From Candidatus Faeciplasma gallinarum (GTDB taxonomy: Bacteria > Bacillota > Clostridia > Oscillospirales > Ruminococcaceae), in contig DVIR01000060.1 in assembly GCA_018711085.1 (NCBI GenBank), positions 7 to 64,006 of the forward strand: a stretch of DNA of 64,000 nt, given 5' to 3'. Made by a program: the position numbers and the translations under genes. Shown one piece after another: positions 38,089-46,500 of the stretch. Under the pieces are notes generated by a model. It saw nothing but the letters and a program-made list of their open reading frames with translations. It did not search any database and was not told the DNA's origin. Each line of letters starts with the position of its first letter. The first letter of the stretch is position 1.

Positions 38089-39180
38089 GTGTTTAGTTTA
38101 GAGTATTTTAATTCGCTTACACCATATGTTGAGCTGCTTAAAGACAGCAAGCTTCCGATATTCGTATGGGGAATGGGCGACGGGTGCATAAAGCTTTTTG
38201 ACGTGTTTGACAGGTACGGCATACCCTGTGCAGGGATATTTGCAAGCGACGAATTTGTGCGGGACAAAACCTTTTTGGGTCACAGGATTCACAGCCTGTC
38301 CGAAATAGAAAGCCGAATCGACGACTTTATAATAGTTCTCGCTTTCGGCGCGGGGTACAAATCCCTGATAGACAAAATCGACGGCGTTGCAAAGCGGCAC
38401 AAGCTGATTGTGCCGGACATGCCGGTTGTCGGCGGCGGACTGTTTACAAAGGAATACCTGCGTGAAAACTTCGACAGCCTTTTAAGAGTGTATAACCTTC
38501 TTTCGGACGAGCGCTCCCGCACATGCTTTGAAAAGCTGATCGAGTACAGGATAACCGGAGAAATATCCTGCCTCAAAAGCTGTGAAAGCGACCCGAGCGA
38601 AGCTGTCGGCATACTTTCTTTCGGCAGCGATGAGACATACGCCGACCTCGGCGCATATACCGGCGACACCGTAGCGGAGTTTGTCGATGCAGTGTCGGGA
38701 AAGTACCGCCGCATATACGCATTCGAGCCGAACGCAAGAAACTTCAGAAAGCTGAAGGAAAACACCGCGCACCTTGACAATGTCGAGGCGATAAACGCTG
38801 CGGCAGGCGATGAAAACCGCATGATAACCGTGTCGGCAGGCGGAGGAAGGATGTCCCGTCGGGCGGACAAGGGCGTGCAGATAATGCAGCTGACGCTGGA
38901 CAGCGTGCTGAACGGGGACAAATGTTCCTACATAAAATATGATGTAGAGGGTGCGGAAATGTCTGCCGTGTGCGGCTCGGAAAAAACTATACTTGAGCGC
39001 CGCCCGAAGCTTTGCATAGCGCTGTATCACAGGGTTGCGGATATATTTGAAATACCTCTTAAAATACACGAGCTGTGTCCTGAGTACAGCTTGTACATCA
39101 GGCATTTTCCCTACTATCCCGCATGGGACACAAACCTTTATGCCGTTTTGAAACAGCCGCGTAACAGCATCGTCACCTGA
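38089..39180 (+). CDS. FkbM-family SAM-dependent methyltransferase with an N-terminal Rossmann-like domain
   Basis: DLGAYTGDT, AFEPNARNFRKL and IKYDVEGAE motifs in the C-terminal half. The GTG start is uncertain. Confidence 0.7.
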   Translation: MFSLEYFNSLTPYVELLKDSKLPIFVWGMGDGCIKLFDVFDRYGIPCAGIFASDEFVRDKTFLGHRIHSLSEIESRIDDFIIVLAFGAGYKSLIDKIDGVAKRHKLIVPDMPVVGGGLFTKEYLRENFDSLLRVYNLLSDERSRTCFEKLIEYRITGEISCLKSCESDPSEAVGILSFGSDETYADLGAYTGDTVAEFVDAVSGKYRRIYAFEPNARNFRKLKENTAHLDNVEAINAAAGDENRMITVSAGGGRMSRRADKGVQIMQLTLDSVLNGDKCSYIKYDVEGAEMSAVCGSEKTILERRPKLCIALYHRVADIFEIPLKIHELCPEYSLYIRHFPYYPAWDTNLYAVLKQPRNSIVT

Positions 39181-39227
39181 AAGTACAGCTTGTAACCAAC
39201 TTGTCATCTATTGTAATTGCTTTGTTC

Positions 39228-39255
39228 TTGATTACCATGTGGGTTGTGGTACAAT
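39228..39255 (+). promoter_or_regulatory. Candidate promoter for the NlpC/P60-like gene
   Basis: TTGATT, 16-nt spacer ending TGG (extended -10), then TACAAT at 39250-39255. Confidence 0.5.
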
Positions 39256-39307
39256 GTAGATGTAGACAAGAGTACAAAACGTACACGACAAGAACGAGGT
39301 GACAACG

Positions 39308-40039
39308 ATGAGCAAAAACAAGATTCGCGTTATAATTGCACTGGCAGCAGCGGTTGCAATAGTGGCAGCAATGGCGGCATGCGGAAAGATCGAAGACGAC
39401 TCCGCTAAAAACACAGACGGCAGCGACTTGTCGCCATCGGAGTCGGTAACTCATGACACAACCCTTTCGCAGGAGACCACCGATCCGTCCGAGACGGAAG
39501 AAGTGACAGAGCCTCAGGTGACAACTTCGGAGCCGCAGGAGACCGAGCCGGAAGTTACTACGGATCCGGCAGTGACTACGGAACCTGAGGTGACGCAGAC
39601 GGTTCCGGACGAAACTCAGCCCGTGACCGAGCCGCAAACTCCCCAGACAAGCGAAAGCCTGTATGAAAAGATTGTGGACGTTGCCACGCAGCAGATAGGC
39701 ATACCCTTCACAATGGGTGGTTCTTCACCTGAAGAAGGCTTTGATACATCCGGACTTACATACTACTGTGTAAACGCAGCCGGCGGCGATTTCCCGAGGA
39801 GCTTAAAGAACCAGCTTGAAAGCGGAGACAAGATCCCTTATAACGAGCTTTCGGCAGGCGACATTGTCTACTTTGCAGCTGAGCCGGGCGGCGAGGCAAG
39901 TTTCTGCGGAGTATACGTGGGCGGCGGACTGATAATCTACTCCCCCGTGCCCGATGAGTTTGTAAAGACCGCAAACATCACGACAAATTACTGGACGTCA
40001 AGGTTTGTGACCGGCATACGTCCCTATGCAGCGCAGTAA
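39308..40039 (+). CDS. Lipoprotein with a Thr/Glu/Pro-rich linker and a C-terminal NlpC/P60-like domain that appears catalytically inactive
   Basis: Lipobox AMAACG. The C-terminal domain aligns by eye with the NlpC/P60 family pattern as I remember it (GG..P.GFDCSG ... GD.V.F ... H.G.Y.G.G), but here it reads GFDTSG and SFCGVYVGGG. ATG at 39308 behind GAGGTG. Confidence 0.75.
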   Translation: MSKNKIRVIIALAAAVAIVAAMAACGKIEDDSAKNTDGSDLSPSESVTHDTTLSQETTDPSETEEVTEPQVTTSEPQETEPEVTTDPAVTTEPEVTQTVPDETQPVTEPQTPQTSESLYEKIVDVATQQIGIPFTMGGSSPEEGFDTSGLTYYCVNAAGGDFPRSLKNQLESGDKIPYNELSAGDIVYFAAEPGGEASFCGVYVGGGLIIYSPVPDEFVKTANITTNYWTSRFVTGIRPYAAQ

Positions 40040-40127
40040 CTTGAGCATGACAAAAAGCTGCAAAACCAATTAAGATATCTTCATATTTTTTCCTCCATAT
40101 AAATATAACCAGACAAAAGCCTACAAA

Positions 40128-40166
40128 AAAGAGCGTTTCGTTTTGAAACGCTCTTTGGCTTTTTTA
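40128..40166 (+). terminator. Intrinsic terminator after the NlpC/P60-like gene
   Basis: Stem AAAGAGCGTTTC/GAAACGCTCTTT followed by GGCTTTTTT. Confidence 0.8.
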
Positions 40167-40184
40167 CGGTGATGTGATTTTATG

Positions 40185-40213
40185 TTGACAACGAAAGATG
40201 TTTGTGATATTAT
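40185..40213 (+). promoter_or_regulatory. Promoter of the thiamine salvage operon
   Basis: TTGACA at 40185-40190, 17-nt spacer, TATTAT at 40208-40213. It lies directly upstream of the riboswitch. Confidence 0.6.
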
Positions 40214-40225
40214 TTCATTCGATAA

Positions 40226-40312
40226 AACAGGGGAGCTCGTATGCGGGCTGAGAGGAAACGGACTGACGTTTCGACCCATAACCTGATTCGGATAATGCCG
40301 ACGTAGGGCGAC
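40226..40312 (+). promoter_or_regulatory. TPP (THI-box) riboswitch aptamer
   Basis: Conserved blocks GGGGAGC, GCTGAGA, ACCC, AACCTGATTCGGATAATGCCGACGTAGGG in the canonical order and spacing. Confidence 0.85.
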
Positions 40313-40347
40313 CTGATTTTTTCAGGTGACGACATAACGCTGTGTTT

Positions 40348-40378
40348 GCCTCGGAATTATCTGTTCCGCGGCTTTTTT
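40348..40378 (+). terminator. Riboswitch expression-platform terminator
   Basis: Stem GCC-CGGAA/TTCCG-GGC (one mismatch) followed by TTTTTT at 40373-40378, about 80 nt before the thiT ATG. Confidence 0.6.
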
Positions 40379-40458
40379 ATTTGCTGCGTTTGCAAAAGCG
40401 ACATGAGCGAGCGGGTGTTTTATTGACATTACATGCATATAAAAAGGAGAAATCAAAA

Positions 40459-41274
40459 ATGCGTGACAAAAAACTTTTGGCGTTAGTTGAAAGCGCCATA
40501 ATGATCGCTCTTGCGACCGTGCTCAGTATCTTTAAGATCATAGATCTGCCTTACGGCGGATCGGTGACGATAGCATCCATGCTTCCCGTTGCGATAATAG
40601 CTTACCGCCACGGCTTGGGATGGGGCATCGGCTCGGGATTTGTGTACGGCGTGCTTCAGCAGCTTTTAGGTCTTAACAAACTCAGCTGGGTTACCGGCTG
40701 GCAGAGCATAGTTGCCGTTGTGCTGCTCGACTACATCATAGCATTCACGGTAATAGGCTTTGCGGGAGTGTTCCGCAAGTCGATCAGCAACCAGGCTGTC
40801 GGACTTTCGATGGGATGCCTGCTTGCCTGCATTCTTCGCTACGCATGCCACGTTGTGTCCGGCGCCACCGTTTGGGCGGGACTTTCAATACCCACTCAGG
40901 ATGCGCTCATCTATTCCTTCATCTACAACGCAACATACATGCTTCCGGAGGCAATAGTCCTGATTGCGGCAGCCATGTACATAGGCTCCACCATCGATTT
41001 AAGAGCTGCAGTTCCCACGAGGATGTATCAAAAGAGTGAGGACAAGAACACCGCGTGGATGCTGCCGGTTGCGGGGCTTTCGGTTGTTGCGGCGGTTGTG
41101 TATGACGTTGTTGCAATCTTTGCTCATCTTCAGGACGCCGAAACCGGAGAGTTCACCATAACCAACATCGCCGAAGTCGATTGGACGTCTGTAATCGTTG
41201 TGACCGCAATAGGAATAATCATGGCTGTAGCTCTTGCATGCGCTCGCAACTTCTCAAGAAAGCAAAAAGCTTAA
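40459..41274 (+). CDS. thiT: Thiamine ECF-transporter S component (ThiT/YuaJ family) with an extra C-terminal two-helix extension
   Basis: AAGGAG Shine-Dalgarno and ATG at 40459. Collinear by eye with my recollection of L. lactis ThiT (RHG loop, LDY, RY..H..SG..W, YS..YN). 271 aa. Confidence 0.8.
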   Translation: MRDKKLLALVESAIMIALATVLSIFKIIDLPYGGSVTIASMLPVAIIAYRHGLGWGIGSGFVYGVLQQLLGLNKLSWVTGWQSIVAVVLLDYIIAFTVIGFAGVFRKSISNQAVGLSMGCLLACILRYACHVVSGATVWAGLSIPTQDALIYSFIYNATYMLPEAIVLIAAAMYIGSTIDLRAAVPTRMYQKSEDKNTAWMLPVAGLSVVAAVVYDVVAIFAHLQDAETGEFTITNIAEVDWTSVIVVTAIGIIMAVALACARNFSRKQKA

Positions 41275-41293
41275 AGCTAAAAACAGGCTGCAT

Positions 41294-41938
41294 ATGAAAG
41301 CTTTAATTCTCACCCCCTATCTCAATGGCATGCCGCCCGAGCGCTTAACAGCCGGCTACGACATGACAATATGCGCCGACAATTCCTATGAGCTGGCTCG
41401 CGAGCTTGGCATTCACCCCGACGTGATTATAGGGGATTTCGACCACGCAAGCCCCGGAAAAGCGCTTTTGCCGCACGGCGAGCATGCAGATGTCATAACC
41501 GTGCCCTGCGAAAAGGACGACACAGACACCATGCTGTGCATAAAATATGCGCTCTCAAAGGGCGCGGACGAAATCGTAATAGCGGGCGGAATAGGCGGCA
41601 GGCTTGACCACACCGTGGCAAACATACAGTCCTTGGCGTATGCCGAGTCGCACGGAGCAAGCGCAATCATGGCGGATCAAAGAAACGCCGCCATGATAAT
41701 AAGCGGCAAAGTGTGCATACCAAAGACCCATTGCAGCTATTTGTCGGTGTTCGCATACGGCGGAGACTGCGAAGGCGTGAGCGAATCGGGCGTGAAGTAC
41801 CCTGTCAGCGGGGTGACGCTCAGCGCAGACTTCCCTCTTGGCGTGAGCAACGAGATAACTGCGGACTTTGCACAAGTCGAAGTGAAGAAAGGAAGGCTTT
41901 TGATAGTTGTTTCCTCAAAGGAACAGCCGAAAACATAG
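41294..41938 (+). CDS. thiN: Thiamine pyrophosphokinase
   Basis: GDFDH, KDDTD and GGIGGRLDHT motifs. About 214 aa. Start lies 20 nt downstream of thiT. Confidence 0.85.
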   Translation: MKALILTPYLNGMPPERLTAGYDMTICADNSYELARELGIHPDVIIGDFDHASPGKALLPHGEHADVITVPCEKDDTDTMLCIKYALSKGADEIVIAGGIGGRLDHTVANIQSLAYAESHGASAIMADQRNAAMIISGKVCIPKTHCSYLSVFAYGGDCEGVSESGVKYPVSGVTLSADFPLGVSNEITADFAQVEVKKGRLLIVVSSKEQPKT

Positions 41939-41945
41939 CTTTTCA

Positions 41946-41977
41946 CCCCCGGGGCAAGCTTGCCTCGGGGGCTTTTT
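41946..41977 (+). terminator. Intrinsic terminator after thiN
   Basis: GC-rich hairpin CCCCCGGGGCAAGCTTGCCTCGGGGG followed by CTTTTT. Confidence 0.8.
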
Positions 41978-42110
41978 GCGCGCCTTTTGTAAACTGTAAT
42001 CAAATATTAATATCTTTTCACTTTAAAATAGGTCTGAAATCTGCTATACTGTTGATAATTATATTTTACGTGAAAAATGTTGAACGGAACTAAGGAAAGG
42101 ACTATTGCAA

Positions 42111-43478
42111 ATGCGCAAGCTCAGTTTACTCATATGCGTATGCTTTTTAACCGTGATGATGGCGGTGAATGTACAGGCGATCACCTTCTCACTGCCGGAC
42201 GGCACAACTATATATTCGGAGGCGGCGTACCTTGTCAACCTCGACACCGACGAGGTGGTGTATGAAAAGAACGCCGACAAGCAGCTTGTTCCCGCCTCTT
42301 TGACAAAAATCATGACCGCCATAATACTTTTGGAGGAGTACAAGGACAACATTTCCGCGCTGTCTACTACATACGTTTCCGGCCCGTCGGCATGCTTTGA
42401 CGAGCTGTACATGACTGGCGCCTCTACCGCGGACATAAGAATCGGCGAAAAGGTGTCGTATAAAGACCTGCTTTACGCGATGATGCTCCGCTCGGCGTGC
42501 GAAGCAGCCAACATCATAGCGTACAACATAGGCGGCGGAAGCATACAAAACTTTGTCGATATGATGAATGACAAGGCGGCACAGCTCGGATGCGTAAACA
42601 CTCACTTCACAAACGCGCACGGCCTGTTCTGGGAGGATCACTACACCACGGCAAGAGACATGGCGGTAATAACCGAATACGCCATGAGCCTGCCGATGTT
42701 CACCGAAATATCCTGCACCGTTGAGTACACCATGGAGGCTACCGACTACCATCCCGAGCCGAGAACAATATCTCACACAAACTACATGATGTCCCGCACA
42801 AACGGCGGCGACTACTACTACGAATACGTCAAGGGAATAAAGACCGGAACGCTTGACGAGGCGGGAAGATGCTTGGCGTCGCTTGCATACAAGGACGGCT
42901 ACAGCTATTTGCTGATAACCATGAACGCACCTCAGCAGGACGCTCAGGGAAACAACGTATTCTACAACTTCATAGACGCAAAGACGATATACGAATGGGC
43001 ATTTGACAATCTTGAATACACAGACATAGCTTTGGCGACGGAGGAAAAAGCCGAGGTGCCGGTGGAATACGGCGACGGTCAGGACTACGTGATAGTCCGT
43101 CCCGCACAGGCGTATTCGCAGATATGGAACAAGTCCATACCGCTCAGCTCAATACATCAGGAGATAACCCTCGATCAGAACGTGGTTGCGCCGGTAAACG
43201 CCGGAGATAAGCTCGGAACGCTCGAGCTTTCATACGGCGGGGAAACGCTTGCCACGATAGACCTCATCGCAACTCAAAGCCTTGCCAGGTCGGAGCGCAG
43301 CTCTATGGTGACTGTGGCAAAGAGCTTTATCGGTTCCGACGACTTTTACACCACCCTTAAAATCACCGTTGGGTTTTTTCTTGCGTATACTGTTTTGATC
43401 ATAGTGCTTAAAATAGTGGTTCACAACCAAAACAAAAAGCGCTCCCGCCTTTACGGAACGCCGAAAAAGAGAAAATAG
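42111..43478 (+). CDS. D-alanyl-D-alanine carboxypeptidase (S11, PBP5/DacA-like) with a C-terminal membrane anchor
   Basis: Signal peptide, SLTK (SxxK) and KTGT (KTG). The second motif reads SAC instead of SxN. C-terminal TM helix plus a basic tail. ATG at 42111 behind AAGGAAAGGA. Confidence 0.8.
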   Translation: MRKLSLLICVCFLTVMMAVNVQAITFSLPDGTTIYSEAAYLVNLDTDEVVYEKNADKQLVPASLTKIMTAIILLEEYKDNISALSTTYVSGPSACFDELYMTGASTADIRIGEKVSYKDLLYAMMLRSACEAANIIAYNIGGGSIQNFVDMMNDKAAQLGCVNTHFTNAHGLFWEDHYTTARDMAVITEYAMSLPMFTEISCTVEYTMEATDYHPEPRTISHTNYMMSRTNGGDYYYEYVKGIKTGTLDEAGRCLASLAYKDGYSYLLITMNAPQQDAQGNNVFYNFIDAKTIYEWAFDNLEYTDIALATEEKAEVPVEYGDGQDYVIVRPAQAYSQIWNKSIPLSSIHQEITLDQNVVAPVNAGDKLGTLELSYGGETLATIDLIATQSLARSERSSMVTVAKSFIGSDDFYTTLKITVGFFLAYTVLIIVLKIVVHNQNKKRSRLYGTPKKRK

Positions 43479-43483
43479 CAAAA

Positions 43484-43518
43484 TAAACTCCGGACTGCAT
43501 GCGCTGTCCGGAGTTTTC
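43484..43518. terminator. Bidirectional terminator between the dac-like gene and the giant glucan synthase gene
   Basis: Stem AAACTCCGGAC/GTCCGGAGTTT flanked by A- and T-runs, between convergent stops. Confidence 0.8.
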
Positions 43519-43521
43519 GGT

Positions 43522-46500
43522 TTACGTGATGGTTTTTCCGTCGTACTTTATCGTGACGCCCCGGTTAAAGGGCGTTTTTTTGACGCTCAGCTTTCCCGCC
43601 TCCATTCTTATTCCCAAAATGTCCTCGGTGATCGCCTTGTAATACCACGCCGCAGAGCCGGTGTAAATCGACCACCCGCCCCTTGAAAAGCAGTTTTTGT
43701 TTGCATACACGTCCGCACAGACATAGTACGGCTCGGCTTTGTAACGCTCGCTCTTTGAGTGCTCTATCGGGCTTATGCTTTTCAGCACAGACATTCCCTC
43801 GTCGTATAGCCCCGCCCTCAACAGCGCCATTCCGAGCCATATGGCTCCGTGAGTGTACTGCCCGCCGTTTTCACGTATTCCCTCGGGGTATGCGCAGATA
43901 TATCCGGCATACGGCTTTGAATCGGGCTTAAACGCAGGGGTGAAAAGCTTTATAACTCCCCTTCCCGGGTCCGCCAAGCTGTCGTATGCGCTTTTTAATG
44001 CGTGCTTTGTAAACTCGACGTCGCAAAGGTTTGCAAACTGCGCAAACGACTGAGAAATCGAGTCGATCCGGCAGGCGTCTGACGACGGAGCGCCTATCGG
44101 GGTGCCGTCATCGGCATACGCCCTCAAATACCAGTCCTGCGCCCTGCCGTGGGCGGTTATGGACTTCTCAAGCTCATCGGCATACTTGTCGAGCAGGCTG
44201 CAATACTCGCCGTCTTTGAACCTGCAAAGCTTTGAAAACCGCCTTAAAACCAAAATATAAAACTCCGTCAGCCATACGGATTCTCCCCGCCCCTGCTCGC
44301 CGAGCTTTGAAAATCCGTCGTTCCAGTCGCCGGTGCCTATGAGCATAAGCCCGTGCTCGCCCGTCTGTCCGGCGCGGTAATCTATGGCGCGCTTGCAGTG
44401 CTCATAAACGCTTTCCCGATTTGCGGTCTTGTACACCTCCCCGTAGCACTCATTTTGACCGCTGCGAAGGTGTATTCCGGCGCAATAGCTCGCCTTTATA
44501 TCGAGGATGGAGGCATCCCCCGTCTTGTTGACGTACTCGCATACGGCATACACAAGCCACAGGTTGTCGTCAGAAATTTTAGTGCGTATGCCCCTGCGGT
44601 TGTTTTGCGGCAGCACATGCCACCAGTGCAAAACGTCCCCCTCCTCAAACTGTGCCCCGCAGCACAACAGTATCTGCCGCAGGCATGCCGACGGGTTCTG
44701 AAGAAGTATTCCCACGGCGTCCTGAAGCTGATCGCGGAATCCGTATGCGCCGGAGCATTGATAAAATCCCGTCCTTGCCATTATCCTTGCGTGAAGCGCC
44801 TGATACCTGAGCGTGTGGTTTACAAGCACATCCATGTCGCCTATGCCGTTGACGGAAAGCTCATGCTCGCAGCTTGATTTTTGCGGCGCATAAAACCTGT
44901 GCATCTCAGCGGCTGCTTTTTTGCTCAGCGCATAGGACAGGTAAAACTCCGCCGACCATTCGTCGTCATCTATGCCGCATATGCATGCCGCCGCGGGGTC
45001 TGACGCAGGCGACACACAGCTGTCAAACCGCCCCGAAAGCACTCTTTCACGGTCTGTCGAGAACACGCAGTCACGGCTGCAGCTTACCGCCATATACCCG
45101 CTCACAAGCGAGGCGGGATTTGACAGCACAAGCGTTCTATCGTCCGCCGCCTGCGGCAAAATCATATATGCGCGGTTTCGGCTTTCGTCTAAGCACGGCT
45201 CAAGGAGCAAACACAGCTTTGCGCCCTTGCAGCCTCTAAGCTTAACGCTTATTCTTGCGCACATTCCCTTTTGGGACACTCCAAGCTCCACACTTCCCGA
45301 CGCGCCGCCTTTTTTAAAGAAGTACTCCGCCTTGTTTTCCGAGAACGCTGCGCATGCGCCCGAGACGATGTCATAATACCCGTCAGGCATCGCCAAAATC
45401 AGCCGCTGACCGATGTTGTCGCGTGATGTGTCGTTATCCCACGGCGTGAGGCGAAGCTCTCTTGAGTTGAACGCATAGCAAAAGCCCATGGAGCCGGATG
45501 AGCAAAGTATACCGAACTGCTGCGATGACAGCACATGACACCACGGGAGCGGCGGCCTTTCCGTTATCACATACGCCCCGTCGCTTCTGAATCCGCCGCA
45601 GCGAACATCCCTCTCAAAGCTCTGCTTGTCCGCCTCCACGCTCAAAACTTTCACTATGTTGTCCCGCTCGGCAGGCTCCTCACCGCTCAGCTCTTCCTCC
45701 GAGATGTGGCATGCATAAGCCTTTAAAAGCGTGACAAGCTCCTGCCGCACCTCGCTCACATCCACACCGATTATTCCGCCTGGGGAATAAAGCATTCCCT
45801 CTACACCTGCGTCCCTTGCCGCACTTACGAGCATTGAGAAGTTCTTTCTTTCGTACTTTGCGCTTTCTCCGCCGTCGTCATACAGCACCGCAAGCTGAAC
45901 CTTTATCCCCGCTATAACAAGCTCGGAATACGCCCGCAGGTAGGTGTAAAGCATGTTGGGCGCAACTCTTTCGGTCAGCTCAACAAGGATAAGAGGGATG
46001 TCCACAGAGACGGACAGCTCCCACAGCGCCCTTAGCGGCAGCTTGTTTTCAAGCGTGGCTTTTATCCGCTTTTCGCTGCTTTCCGGCTTGAAAAGCACGG
46101 CCGGCAAAAGCCTGTTTGCAAACCTTTGAGCCTGCGTCATTCCCTTGGGGCTGAACATCGCAATTTTCTGCTCGCCCCTGAGCCTGCATGCCGAGGCGAT
46201 AAGCTCGTCATAGCTGTCGGCGGCAAGAATGAACATATGAAGCTCCGTTTCGGATTTCGGCGGCATGTTCAGGCTCACTTTCATAAACACGCAAGGGTCC
46301 GGCTCGCTTATATAGCTCTGCGGGATGCTGTCTGCGCAGTCAAACAGCCCGCACACGCCGTCCGGCATATGCAAAACCTCCTCGCGGTCAAGGGACACCG
46401 TCATGCTCACATCCTCATAAAAGCCCACCGCCATATATGTTCCCACTCCGAAGTCGTCAGACCTTGTCACGGTGGCAAGTTTAAGCTGCGCGTCATAGTC

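Noticed and set aside
38289-39207. Two long minus-strand ORFs (210 and 241 aa) antisense to the FkbM methyltransferase gene.
   Set aside because: They overlap each other and the motif-bearing plus-strand CDS. I see no motifs and no start-site signals.
39173-39637. 154-aa Cys/Arg/His-rich minus-strand ORF overlapping the start of the NlpC/P60-like gene.
   Set aside because: It is the mirror of the Thr/Glu/Pro-rich repeat-like linker and of the promoter region. It has no Shine-Dalgarno. The plus-strand gene has a lipobox, a Shine-Dalgarno and a promoter.
40342-40458. N-terminal extension of the thiT ORF as listed in the track (start at 40342).
   Set aside because: The extension would begin inside the riboswitch expression-platform terminator. 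A canonical AAGGAG Shine-Dalgarno plus ATG at 40459 gives the conserved ThiT N-terminus.
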